Of a stretch of 44,320 bases of DNA, positions 25,087 to 35,269 are shown one piece after another; within the stretch, counting starts at the first letter, position 1, and every line of letters starts with the position of its first letter. The stretch lies in sequence record MZ031013.1, one strand, 5' to 3'. The notes beneath the pieces are model-generated. The model was not told where the DNA came from and ran no database searches. It saw nothing but the letters and a program-made list of their open reading frames with translations. Position numbers and translations under genes: made by a program. This DNA comes from Escherichia phage vB_EcoA_fTuEco01.

Positions 25087-25824
25087 ATGCCTGTAATTAG
25101 ACAAACCAGTAAAGTAGGACATATGATGGAAGATGTGGCCTTCCAGATTATTGATAGTAAGCTGGAAGCGGTAAACTTGTGTATGCGAGCTATTGGTCGT
25201 GAGGGTGTGGATTCTCTCGACTCAGGTGACTTGGACGCAGAAGACGCAAGCAAGATGATTGACATCGTATCCCAGCGGTTTCAGTACAACAAAGGAGGTG
25301 GCTGGTGGTTCAATCGTGAACCAAACTGGCAGATTGCACCTGATACCAATGGTGAAGTCAATCTGCCTAACAACTGCCTAGCAGTATTGCAGTGTTATGC
25401 TTTAGGTGAGAAGAAAGTACCCATGACTATGCGAGCAGGTAAGCTCTACTCTACATGGAGTCATACCTTTGATATGCGTAAGCATGTGAATGCTAATGGT
25501 ATGATTCGTCTTACCTTACTCACCTTACTTCCATATGAGCATCTACCTACTAGTGTAATGCAGGCTATTGCCTATCAAGCTGCTGTAGAGTTTATTGTGT
25601 CTAAGGATGCAGATCAGACTAAGCTAGCCACTGCACAGCAGATTGCCACTCAACTTCTTATGGATGTGCAATCCGAACAAATGTCACAAAAGCGACTGAA
25701 TATGCTTGTGCATAACCCTACGCAGCGTCAGTTCGGCATTATGGCGGGTGGTTCTCAGAATGTACCTGCTTACTCTCATTCACCATATGATAGTTGGGCA
25801 CTTCGTCCGTGGGAGGATCGTTAA
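25087..25824 (+). CDS. Tail tubular protein A (T7 gene 11-like), 245 aa
   Basis: AGGAGG RBS 4 nt before ATG 25087; synteny capsid - tubular A - tubular B. Confidence 0.75.
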   Translation: MPVIRQTSKVGHMMEDVAFQIIDSKLEAVNLCMRAIGREGVDSLDSGDLDAEDASKMIDIVSQRFQYNKGGGWWFNREPNWQIAPDTNGEVNLPNNCLAVLQCYALGEKKVPMTMRAGKLYSTWSHTFDMRKHVNANGMIRLTLLTLLPYEHLPTSVMQAIAYQAAVEFIVSKDADQTKLATAQQIATQLLMDVQSEQMSQKRLNMLVHNPTQRQFGIMAGGSQNVPAYSHSPYDSWALRPWEDR

Positions 25825-28226
25825 TGGAAGTACAAGGTTCATTAGGGAGGCAAATCCAAGGGATTAGCCAGCAACCTCCAGCGGTACGTCTTGATGGTCA
25901 ATGTACGACTATGGTGAACATGGTCCCTGATGTAGTGAATGGGACTCAATCCCGCATGGGTACAACTCACATTGCTAAGCTCTTGGATGAAGGTACAGAT
26001 AATATGGCAACGCACCATTATCGCAGGGGTGAGGGGGATGAAGAGTATTTCTTCACCTTAAAGAAAGGGCAAGTGCCAGAGATATTTGATAAGCATGGAC
26101 GCAAGTGCAATGTCATCTCTCAAGATGCACCTATGACCTACCTTTCTGAAGTTGTTAACCCTAGGGAAGATGTGCAATTCATGACTATAGCTGATGTTAC
26201 TTTTATGCTTAACCGTAGGAAAGTGGTTAAAGTTAGTAATAGGAAGTCACCTAAAGTTGGAGATAAAGCCATTGTGTTTTGTGCATATGGTCAATACGGT
26301 ACATCTTATTCTATCATAATTAATGGAACTACAGCTGCTAGTTTTAAAACACCAGATGGGGGAAGTGCAGAACATGTTGAACAAATACGAACGGAACGTA
26401 TCACTTCTGAATTGTACTCCAAGTTGCAGCAATGGAGTGGTGTGAATGACTATGAAATACAAAGAGATGGTACGAGCATATTTATAGAGAGACGCGATGG
26501 TAAAAGTTTCACAGTAACAACTACCGATGGTGCAAAAGGTAAGGACTTAGTGGCTATCAAGAATAAAGTTAGCTCTACTGACCTACTCCCTTCTCGTGCG
26601 CCTGCTGGTTATAAAGTACAAGTGTGGCCTACTGGCAGCAAACCTGAGTCTCGTTACTGGCTGCAAGCTGAGCCTAAAGAGGGAAACCTTGTGTCTTGGA
26701 AAGAAACAATAGCTGCTGATGTATTACTTGGGTTTGATAAAGGCACAATGCCTTACATTATTGAACGTACAGGTATTATTGACGGTATAGCTCAATTCAA
26801 GTTAAGACAAGGTGATTGGGAAGATCGTAAAGTAGGGGACGACTTGACTAACCCTATGCCCTCTTTTATTGATGAGGAAGTGCCCCAGACAATAGGTGGG
26901 ATGTTCATGGTACAGAACCGTCTATGCTTTACAGCAGGCGAAGCGGTTATTGCTTCTCGTACATCATACTTCTTCGATTTCTTTCGTTATACGGTTATCT
27001 CTGCACTGGCAACTGACCCATTTGATATTTTCTCAGATGCGAGTGAAGTTTATCAATTGAAACACGCAGTAACCTTAGATGGCGCTACCGTGTTATTCTC
27101 TGATAAGTCACAATTCATTTTGCCAGGAGATAAACCGCTAGAGAAATCCAACGCCTTACTCAAGCCTGTCACAACATTTGAAGTTAACAATAAAGTGAAG
27201 CCAGTGGTAACTGGTGAATCGGTAATGTTTGCCACTAATGATGGTTCTTACTCTGGTGTACGAGAGTTCTATACAGACTCTTATAGTGACACTAAGAAGG
27301 CACAAGCAATCACAAGTCATGTGAATAAACTCATCGAAGGTAACATTATCAACATGGCAGCAAGTACCAATGTCAACCGATTGCTTGTCACTACTGATAA
27401 GTATCGTAACATAATTTATTGCTATGATTGGTTATGGCAAGGTACAGACCGTGTACAATCAGCATGGCATGTATGGGAGTGGCCTATGGGTACAAAGGTG
27501 CGAGGTATGTTTTATTCTGGTGAATTACTTTATCTACTCCTTGAGCGAGGCGATGGCGTCTATCTGGAGAAGATGGACATGGGTGATGCACTAACCTATG
27601 GTTTGAATGACCGCATCAGAATGGATAGGCAAGCAGAGTTGATCTTCAAGCATTTTAAAGCAGAAGATGAATGGATATCTGAACCACTTCCTTGGACTCC
27701 TACTAACCCAGAACTTTTGGATTGCATCTTAATAGAAGGGTGGGATTCATATATTGGAGGTTCTTTCCTGTTCAAATATAACCCTAGTGATAACACCTTG
27801 TCTACAACCTTTGACATGCATGATGATAACCACGTAAAAGCGAAGGTTATTGTTGGTCAGATTTACCCTCAAGAGTTTGAACCTACACCTGTAGTTATCA
27901 GAGATAGGCAAGATCGTGTATCCTATATTGATGTACCTGTTGTGGGGTTGGTTCACCTTAATCTTGATATGTATCCTGATTTCTCTGTGGAAGTTAAGAA
28001 TGTGAAGAGTGGTAAAGTACGCAGGGTGCTAGCGTCAAACCGTATAGGTGGTGCTCTCAACAACACAGTAGGTTATGTTGAACCAAGGGAGGGTGTCTTC
28101 AGATTCCCACTGAGGGCTAAGAGTACGGATGCTGTTTATCGTATTATTGTAGAATCACCTCATACATTCCAGCTTCGCGATATTGAGTGGGAAGGGAGCT
28201 ACAATCCAACCAAAAGGAGGGTCTAA
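25824..28226 (+). CDS. Tail tubular protein B (T7 gene 12-like), 800 aa
   Basis: TAATG overlap with the upstream gene and GGGAGG RBS; size matches T7 gp12 (794 aa). Confidence 0.75.
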   Translation: MEVQGSLGRQIQGISQQPPAVRLDGQCTTMVNMVPDVVNGTQSRMGTTHIAKLLDEGTDNMATHHYRRGEGDEEYFFTLKKGQVPEIFDKHGRKCNVISQDAPMTYLSEVVNPREDVQFMTIADVTFMLNRRKVVKVSNRKSPKVGDKAIVFCAYGQYGTSYSIIINGTTAASFKTPDGGSAEHVEQIRTERITSELYSKLQQWSGVNDYEIQRDGTSIFIERRDGKSFTVTTTDGAKGKDLVAIKNKVSSTDLLPSRAPAGYKVQVWPTGSKPESRYWLQAEPKEGNLVSWKETIAADVLLGFDKGTMPYIIERTGIIDGIAQFKLRQGDWEDRKVGDDLTNPMPSFIDEEVPQTIGGMFMVQNRLCFTAGEAVIASRTSYFFDFFRYTVISALATDPFDIFSDASEVYQLKHAVTLDGATVLFSDKSQFILPGDKPLEKSNALLKPVTTFEVNNKVKPVVTGESVMFATNDGSYSGVREFYTDSYSDTKKAQAITSHVNKLIEGNIINMAASTNVNRLLVTTDKYRNIIYCYDWLWQGTDRVQSAWHVWEWPMGTKVRGMFYSGELLYLLLERGDGVYLEKMDMGDALTYGLNDRIRMDRQAELIFKHFKAEDEWISEPLPWTPTNPELLDCILIEGWDSYIGGSFLFKYNPSDNTLSTTFDMHDDNHVKAKVIVGQIYPQEFEPTPVVIRDRQDRVSYIDVPVVGLVHLNLDMYPDFSVEVKNVKSGKVRRVLASNRIGGALNNTVGYVEPREGVFRFPLRAKSTDAVYRIIVESPHTFQLRDIEWEGSYNPTKRRV

Positions 28227-28948
28227 TGGCTATAGGTTCAGCCGTTATGGCTGGTATGTCTTCTATTGGTAGCATGTTTGCAGGCAGTGGTGCAGCAGCC
28301 GCTGCTGGAGGTGCTGCCGCAGGTGGCGGAGGTTTGCTAGGTTCACTAGGTGGATTCCTAAGTGGCTCTACTGCTGGTTTCTCTAATGCTGGCCTTCTTG
28401 GTGCTGGCCTTCAAGGGTTAGGCTTGATTGGTGATCTATTTGGTGGAAGTGATGAAGCCAAGGCGATGAAGAAAGCACAAGAAGAGCAATGGCGGCAGCA
28501 GCTTATTGCTACACAAGAGGCGTACAAGACAGTGGCAGACGCAGAACGTTCTGCTGCTAAACAATATCATGCAGATGCAATCAGTAATCAGGCTTCACTG
28601 CTACAGCAGCGAGCACAGGTTGCATTACTTGCTGGGGCTACTGGTACTGGTGGTAATTCTGTGTCCTCTATGCTTAATGACTTAGCAGCAGATGGCGGCA
28701 GGAACCAGAGTACCATCATTGATAACTATGAGAATCAGAAGATTAATTTCACCAACCAACTTAAGTCTATCCAACGTGGTGGTCAGATGCAGATGCGTGA
28801 GTTTAAGAAGCCTTCTGCTATGAGTACCTTGGTTCAAGGTATTCCAAGTCTGGCATCTGCCTATGTAACTGGTAGTAAGTCTGGCAAGGCATTGGGTAAA
28901 GCCTTAACTGATTCTCGTACATATTCATCTGGAACAAGAGGTATTTAA
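28226..28948 (+). CDS. Internal virion protein with Gly-rich hydrophobic N-terminus (T7 gp14-like), 240 aa
   Basis: TAATG overlap; N-terminal AGMSSIGSMFAGSGAAAAAGGAAAGGGGLLGSLGGFLSG is membrane-inserting-like; position in the internal-core gene block. Confidence 0.65.
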   Translation: MAIGSAVMAGMSSIGSMFAGSGAAAAAGGAAAGGGGLLGSLGGFLSGSTAGFSNAGLLGAGLQGLGLIGDLFGGSDEAKAMKKAQEEQWRQQLIATQEAYKTVADAERSAAKQYHADAISNQASLLQQRAQVALLAGATGTGGNSVSSMLNDLAADGGRNQSTIIDNYENQKINFTNQLKSIQRGGQMQMREFKKPSAMSTLVQGIPSLASAYVTGSKSGKALGKALTDSRTYSSGTRGI

Positions 28949-31896
28949 TGGCAATTGAGCGACAAGCAGTACAAGGTCTGCCACAAGTGCAGGCCACTTC
29001 TCCTAATGTCATGACCTTTGCACCTCAACAAGTGGGAGGTGTGGAGGCTGGCGTGGCTTCTACCTCCGGTAGTAGGTTTATCGAAGACCTTATTCGTGCA
29101 GCAAGCAGCGTGGCTGATGTTACCACTGGTATCCTTAATCAGAAGATTGAGGAAGATAAGGTTGTTCAAATGGAACGGGCATATAACGGATTAATGCCTT
29201 CTGAGGATGCAACTCGTGGTGGCGCTCGTGCTAACATGCTTGTCAAAGCTCAACTGCTAGCTAATGATGAAGCAGCACGAATGAAAGACATGGCTACTCG
29301 TTTCCAAGGAACGGATGACGAATGGACACAACTTATGGTTGACTCTCGTAATGAGATGCAGAATAAGCTGTTCCGGCAATACCCTGAGTTGCAAGGTGAC
29401 AAAGATACTATGCGTATGGTCACTAATGTCTTCCAAGAACAGCAGCCTCAGATTTGGGCTACACGAACCCAGCATAAACTTGACCGTGAACAAGCCGACC
29501 GTGAGGATACCTTTGACGGGCGAGTGGCTTCTACTTGGGACTCTAATATTGACCATGAAGCCTCTGGCTATGCTTTACAGGAACGAATCCGCGAAGGTCT
29601 GACTCAAGGATTACTACCTGAACAGATGCACAAGAAGTTAGTCCAGCGGGCAATTTCACTTGCACAAGGTGGTGATGTTAGCATGGCTGAAGCCCTGAAG
29701 TATGTGAAGGACGATAAGGGCGTTTCTGTTTATGCTAAGAATCCACAGCTTATCACAGCCATCACTAGTGGTAATGCAGTTTGGGCTAGGAATAATGTAG
29801 CTGATGTAACTCGTATGTCTTTCGAAGTTAAAGAATCATACCTTGCAGGTGATTTAACTGATGAAGAATTGTTGGAACGAGCACAGCACATTAATAATCT
29901 GACAGGTAACTCTGTCTTCTCTAATCCAGAACTAGAGGCACTGATGCGCCAACGGGCTAAGCAGAATGCAGAGCTAGGTGCAATGCAGGATATGCGACGT
30001 GAGCTTTACTCCGACCGCCTGACTGGCTTCCAAGGTAAGACTGATAAAGAGAAGAAGGCTTACATTGATGTTATCAAACAGGATAGCCAACTTTATGCAG
30101 ACCAGCAAATCAAACAACGTGGCTTGGACCCTTACAGTCAAGAGGCTGAAGCTATTCGTGGTGCAGTGGAAGTGCAGCGCCTGCAATTCATGAACTCCAA
30201 AGGTTTAGTGGATGATACCTTTGAATCTCGTATCAAGGCTATGGAATCCATGCTATCACCTGAGCACTTTGCTAAAGGTGAACCACAGGAGTTAATGACC
30301 ATTCGTCAGTTGTGGGAGCAGTTACCTGAAGAAAGTCGAGGTGTCTTCGGTGACACTGTGAACGGTTATATGGATAACTACAATACTGCATTACAAATGG
30401 GAGAGACACCTTTGCAGGCTGCAAGGTTTGCCCGTGAAGCACAGCAGAAATTCTCTCGTACTGAGAAGGAAACCAAGAAGTTCAACTCCGCTATTGGAGA
30501 TGCACTGGATGAGGTATCTGGTGCTGGCTGGTTTGATGGTAAAACCGAGGTGTCAGACTTAGGTAAAGCTATTGCGGAAGAAGAGTTACGAGCTAAGGCC
30601 AATATGTTGTGGTCTAGCGGTATGCGTAACATGGATTCTATCAAGAAGGCTTTAATCACTTGGGGCAATAAACGCTACACTCAATCAGAGGATGCAAAGA
30701 CTTCCGGTGGCTATTTCATTAAAGGTGATTACACTTCTGCATCTGATATGCTTATGTCAGTTGGGAAAGGTGTAAACCCTACCGATGTCCCTCTGGCGCT
30801 TGGTAGGTATGTAGAAACACAGATGCCAGAATTGAAGAAGGAGCTTCAAGAGTGGGAAACTAAGGATGATGTGTACATTGATTACAATGAACAGAAAGGA
30901 ACTTTTGTGATTCGTGCTGGTGCAGCAGGTCGCCCTCTTTCTGGAGTAATCCCTGTAACTTCTTTGGATACCACTTCACTACTGGATTCTGCCTATCAGA
31001 AGAAAGTAGAAGAACGAGATAAAGGCGAGTATGTTCCTCCCTATCGTACAGATATCGGTGCACAAGAACCAATGCCAGCTAAGCCAACTGCCAAAGATAT
31101 TGGTAAATTAGGATTAGCTAACTTCCTCATGTCTTCTGCTTTTGCTTCTGGTGAGAATCTACCTTCTAACTTCGAGATTAACTATCGAGGCAATATGAAA
31201 CAATTCTATGACAAGCTAGCTATGGATGAGAATAAAGATAAAGTTGGCTTTAATAAGGCAACTGGAACCTTTACTCCATATAAAGACGCTCACGGTGAGT
31301 CTATCGGTTACGGTCATTTCTTAACGGAAGAAGAGAAGCGAGACGGGTATATTAAGATTGGCGATGAACTAGTTCCCTATCGAGGGTCTATGTCTCAGCT
31401 TACAGAGAGTAAGGCTCGCGCTCTTATGGAGCAAGATGCTAGGAAGCATGTGCCTCCTACTCGTGACTGGAAGATTCCGTTTGACCAGATGCATCCTGCA
31501 CAGCAACGTGGCTTGATGGATTTAACCTACAATTTAGGTAAAGGTGGAATCCAGAACTCACCGCGTGCTCTTGCTGCATTCAAAGCTGGTAAACTTACGG
31601 AAGGCTTTATCGAAATGCTGGGTACTGCATCAAGTGAAGGTAAACGTATTCCGGGCCTACTGAAGCGACGCGCTGAGGCATACAATATGGCAGCTGCTGG
31701 TGGTGTACCTAAGATCACAGAAGTGGAGACTAGGGAAGATGGCTCTATGTGGGTTAAGTTTGGTGGACCTATGCCAGCAGGCTCTGTTTCTGCGTGGACG
31801 CATAAACGTATTGGAGCCGATGGCTGGTATCAGGTTTATGAGGCTGCACCTACCAAGTTAGCTAAAGACTCTAAGGTAGGTAAAGTTAAATTGTAG
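28948..31896 (+). CDS. Internal virion protein with a C-terminal lysozyme-like (T4 lysozyme / GH24-type) domain, 982 aa
   Basis: The C-terminal region YKDAHGESIGYGHFL...QRGLMDLTYNLGKGG...GKRIPGLLKRRAEAY parallels T4 lysozyme blocks (YKDTEGYYTIGIGH..., ALINMVFQMGETG..., RAKRVITTF) as I recall them. Confidence 0.7.
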   Translation: MAIERQAVQGLPQVQATSPNVMTFAPQQVGGVEAGVASTSGSRFIEDLIRAASSVADVTTGILNQKIEEDKVVQMERAYNGLMPSEDATRGGARANMLVKAQLLANDEAARMKDMATRFQGTDDEWTQLMVDSRNEMQNKLFRQYPELQGDKDTMRMVTNVFQEQQPQIWATRTQHKLDREQADREDTFDGRVASTWDSNIDHEASGYALQERIREGLTQGLLPEQMHKKLVQRAISLAQGGDVSMAEALKYVKDDKGVSVYAKNPQLITAITSGNAVWARNNVADVTRMSFEVKESYLAGDLTDEELLERAQHINNLTGNSVFSNPELEALMRQRAKQNAELGAMQDMRRELYSDRLTGFQGKTDKEKKAYIDVIKQDSQLYADQQIKQRGLDPYSQEAEAIRGAVEVQRLQFMNSKGLVDDTFESRIKAMESMLSPEHFAKGEPQELMTIRQLWEQLPEESRGVFGDTVNGYMDNYNTALQMGETPLQAARFAREAQQKFSRTEKETKKFNSAIGDALDEVSGAGWFDGKTEVSDLGKAIAEEELRAKANMLWSSGMRNMDSIKKALITWGNKRYTQSEDAKTSGGYFIKGDYTSASDMLMSVGKGVNPTDVPLALGRYVETQMPELKKELQEWETKDDVYIDYNEQKGTFVIRAGAAGRPLSGVIPVTSLDTTSLLDSAYQKKVEERDKGEYVPPYRTDIGAQEPMPAKPTAKDIGKLGLANFLMSSAFASGENLPSNFEINYRGNMKQFYDKLAMDENKDKVGFNKATGTFTPYKDAHGESIGYGHFLTEEEKRDGYIKIGDELVPYRGSMSQLTESKARALMEQDARKHVPPTRDWKIPFDQMHPAQQRGLMDLTYNLGKGGIQNSPRALAAFKAGKLTEGFIEMLGTASSEGKRIPGLLKRRAEAYNMAAAGGVPKITEVETREDGSMWVKFGGPMPAGSVSAWTHKRIGADGWYQVYEAAPTKLAKDSKVGKVKL

Positions 31897-31910
31897 TACC
31901 TAACTCAAGG

Positions 31911-31932
31911 CTTGTCTCACATGTGAGACAGG
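31911..31932. repeat. Conserved palindrome (cttGTCTCACATGTGAGACagg), copy 6, followed by TCTTTA
   Basis: Perfect 16-bp core at 31914..31929, lying between two internal virion protein genes. Confidence 0.7.
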
Positions 31933-31960
31933 TCTTTATGATAGGCACTATGGAGGAACT

Positions 31961-34900
31961 ATGGAACAAGATATTAAGACTAATTGGGCTGGATATGTCC
32001 AGTCTACTCCTGAGCCGTTTTCTATTGAGGCGGCTCCGGTATCGGCTCCTACGATACGCCAGCGTAATGAGTTACAAGAGCAAGTTCTTGAAGCCAAAGC
32101 TGATGCGGACATCTTAGGTGCTGTAGGTGCTGCCTTCCAGAATGAATGGTTGGCATTCGGAGGTAAGCGATGGTATGACCGTGCCACTGCTGATTTCACA
32201 CCCCAACCTGACTTTGAAATCCAACCAGAGCAACGTGAAGCTCTTCGCTTCAAATACGGAACGGATATGATGCAGACAATCACTGAGGGTGTTCGTTCTG
32301 AGGATGAATTAAACTTCCGTATTCAGAATGCTGATGAAGACCTTGAGCGCAATAAGCGCATTGCTCAGGCTGGATGGGCTGGCTCTGTGGCAACGATTGG
32401 CGCTGCTGTGCTTGACCCAGTGGGTTGGGTTGCCTCTATCCCAACTGGCGGTGCAGCCAAAGTCGGCCTCGTAGGTCGTGCCGTGCGTGGAGCTATCGCC
32501 GCTGGCGTGAGCAATGCCGCTATTGAATCCGTGTTAGTACAAGGCGACATGACTCGTGATTTAGATGACATTATGGTAGCACTAGGCTCCGGTATGGCTA
32601 TGGGTGGCGTTATTGGCGCTGTAGCGCGTGGTAGGGCCACTAAGCTCAGTGAGCAAGGAGATGACAGGGCTGCGAGTGTTGTGCGCAGTGCAGACGCAGG
32701 GGACCGCTATGTGCGTGCTGTTGCTGATGACAGTATCGGTGCGATGCGTGTTAAGGGTGAAGAGGTACTCACTGAGGGTGCATTTGATATCTCTAGCAAA
32801 GGTGAAGATTTGCTGAAAACCCTACAGCGGGAAGGTAATGCAATTGATATGACACCTCGCCGCTGGGCCGGAACTATGTCTGCCCTTGGGACTGTCGTGC
32901 ACTCCTCTCAGGATGCTAGTGTTCGTGGCCTCGGTGCTCGCCTGTTTGAGTCTCCGCAAGGTTTAGGTATGCAAAAGGCATCTGCCAGTCTTATGCAGAA
33001 TACCAACTTGAATCGACTGAAGTCTGCTGATATGAACCGTTTCAATGACGGGTTTGACTTATGGCTCAAAGAGAATAATATCAATCCAGTTGCAGGCCAT
33101 ACTAACTCTCACTATGTGCAACAATATAATGAGAAGGTATGGGAAGCTGTACGCATCGGTATGGATGAGTCTACGCCTAAGTCTATCCGTATGGCAGCAG
33201 AGGGACAGCAAGCTATGTATCGTGAAGCATTAGCATTACGTCAACGCTCTGGTGAAGCTGGGTTTGAAAAGGTTAAAGCAGATGATAAGTACATGCCTGA
33301 TATTTTTGACAGTATGAAGGCTCGTCGTCAATTTGGTATGCACGATAAGGAGGACATCATTGAGCTATTCTCTCGTGCATACCAGAATGGTTCTCGTAAG
33401 GTTCCAAAGGAAGTGGCTGATGAGATTGCACGTGCACAAGTAAACCGTGTTGTGGATGCTACTCTGACAGGACGTATGAGTTTCGAAAAGGCTATGTCTG
33501 GTCAGACTAAAGCAGAGTATGAAGCAATAATGCGCAAGGCAGGCTTCAGTGATGAAGAAATTGAAAAGATGGTAGAAGCTCTGGATAATAAAGAAACCAG
33601 AGATAATATCTCTAACCGAGCTAAGATGAGTTTAGGCTTAGATGTTACTCAAGAGTACAATGGCATTCGTATGCGTGACTTTATGAATACTAACGTGGAA
33701 GAGTTAACAGATAACTACATGAAGGAAGCGGCAGGTGGTGCTGCCTTGGCTCGTCAAGGTTTCTCTACCTATCAGGCTGCACTTAATGCAATTGACCTTG
33801 TAGAGCGAAATGCACGAAATGCAGCTAAAGATACAAAAGCACACGCACAATTCGAAGCAGAGTCTGCTAAGATTCGTCAATCAGAGCCTGATTACAAGAA
33901 GGCACAAGCGAAGATTGAAGAGTTAAAGAAGCGACTTAAATTGAAAGAGAAAGACGAAGCAGCGGGTCTGGCTATTGATGAGGAAATCCGTCAGATGCGA
34001 GAAGGGCTTCGCTTGATTATGGGTAAATCTATCGATGCAGACCCACAGGCTTTATCTACTAAAATGCTGCGTCGTGGTCGTGACATTACAGGTGTACTTC
34101 GCTTAGGTCAGATGGGCTTCGCACAGCTAGGTGAACTTGCTAACTTCATGGGTGAGTTTGGTATTGCTGCAACCACTATAGCTTTAGGTAAGCAATTCCG
34201 CTTTACATCTAAGGCTTTGCGGAGCGGTGATGGCTTCTTCCGAGATAAGAACTTGGCAGAAGTAGAGAGGATGGTAGGTTACATTGGTGAGGATAACTGG
34301 CTAACAACCAAGGGTGCACGTCCAGATGAGTTTGGTGATGTAACCACAGTAAGAGGGATGATGGCTCACTTTGACCAATCCATGAACTCAATACGTCGTG
34401 CTCAGACCAACCTATCACTCTTCCGCATGGCACAGGGTTCTCTGGAGCGAATGACCAATAGGCAAATAGCTTTGTCTTTCATTGACCACCTTGAAGGCAA
34501 GAAGATTATTCCTCAGAAGAAACTGGAGGAACTTGGTCTTACTCAGGAGTTCATGACTAATCTACAGAAGCACTATGATGCTAACTCTAAAGGTTCTGGC
34601 TTGCTTGGCTTTGATACAATGCCTTATGCCATGGGTGAAACTTTAGCTAATGCTATTCGTCGTAAGTCAGGTCTAATTATCCAACGTAACTTCATTGGTG
34701 ATGAAGGTATCTGGATGAACAAAGCACTAGGTAAGACATTTGCACAGCTTAAGTCATTCTCTCTTGTATCTGGTGAGAAGCAATTTGGTCGAGGGATTCG
34801 CCACGATAAAATTGGTCTTGCTAAGAAGACAGCTTACGGGTTTGCTTTGGGTTCAATAGTGTATGCGGCAAAAGCCTATGTGAACTCTATTGGGCGAGAA

Positions 34901-35269
34901 GACCAAGATGAATATTTGGAAGAGAAGTTATCGCCTAAAGGGTTGGCCTTTGGTGCAATGGGTATGATGAGTACAACTGCTGTATTTAGTCTAGGTGGAG
35001 ATTTCTTAGGTGGCCTAGGTGTTCTACCTTCTGAGTTAGTACAATCCCGTTATGAGGCTGGCTTTCAGACTAAGGGTTTGATAGACCAAATACCACTAGT
35101 AGGTGTTGGTCAAGATGCATATCGTTTAGCAGATTCTATAACTAAATATGCAGAGGGTGATACAGAAGGTGTAGATGTGGCACGTAGGGCTTTACGCTTA
35201 GTGCCTCTAACTAATGTAATAGGAATCCAGAACGCATTGCGTTATGGCTTAGATGAACTGGAGGATTGA
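31961..35269 (+). CDS. Internal virion protein, largest core/ejection protein (T7 gp16-like role), 1102 aa
   Basis: GGAGGA RBS; size and position; no lytic transglycosylase motif recognised in it. Confidence 0.7.
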   Translation: MEQDIKTNWAGYVQSTPEPFSIEAAPVSAPTIRQRNELQEQVLEAKADADILGAVGAAFQNEWLAFGGKRWYDRATADFTPQPDFEIQPEQREALRFKYGTDMMQTITEGVRSEDELNFRIQNADEDLERNKRIAQAGWAGSVATIGAAVLDPVGWVASIPTGGAAKVGLVGRAVRGAIAAGVSNAAIESVLVQGDMTRDLDDIMVALGSGMAMGGVIGAVARGRATKLSEQGDDRAASVVRSADAGDRYVRAVADDSIGAMRVKGEEVLTEGAFDISSKGEDLLKTLQREGNAIDMTPRRWAGTMSALGTVVHSSQDASVRGLGARLFESPQGLGMQKASASLMQNTNLNRLKSADMNRFNDGFDLWLKENNINPVAGHTNSHYVQQYNEKVWEAVRIGMDESTPKSIRMAAEGQQAMYREALALRQRSGEAGFEKVKADDKYMPDIFDSMKARRQFGMHDKEDIIELFSRAYQNGSRKVPKEVADEIARAQVNRVVDATLTGRMSFEKAMSGQTKAEYEAIMRKAGFSDEEIEKMVEALDNKETRDNISNRAKMSLGLDVTQEYNGIRMRDFMNTNVEELTDNYMKEAAGGAALARQGFSTYQAALNAIDLVERNARNAAKDTKAHAQFEAESAKIRQSEPDYKKAQAKIEELKKRLKLKEKDEAAGLAIDEEIRQMREGLRLIMGKSIDADPQALSTKMLRRGRDITGVLRLGQMGFAQLGELANFMGEFGIAATTIALGKQFRFTSKALRSGDGFFRDKNLAEVERMVGYIGEDNWLTTKGARPDEFGDVTTVRGMMAHFDQSMNSIRRAQTNLSLFRMAQGSLERMTNRQIALSFIDHLEGKKIIPQKKLEELGLTQEFMTNLQKHYDANSKGSGLLGFDTMPYAMGETLANAIRRKSGLIIQRNFIGDEGIWMNKALGKTFAQLKSFSLVSGEKQFGRGIRHDKIGLAKKTAYGFALGSIVYAAKAYVNSIGREDQDEYLEEKLSPKGLAFGAMGMMSTTAVFSLGGDFLGGLGVLPSELVQSRYEAGFQTKGLIDQIPLVGVGQDAYRLADSITKYAEGDTEGVDVARRALRLVPLTNVIGIQNALRYGLDELED

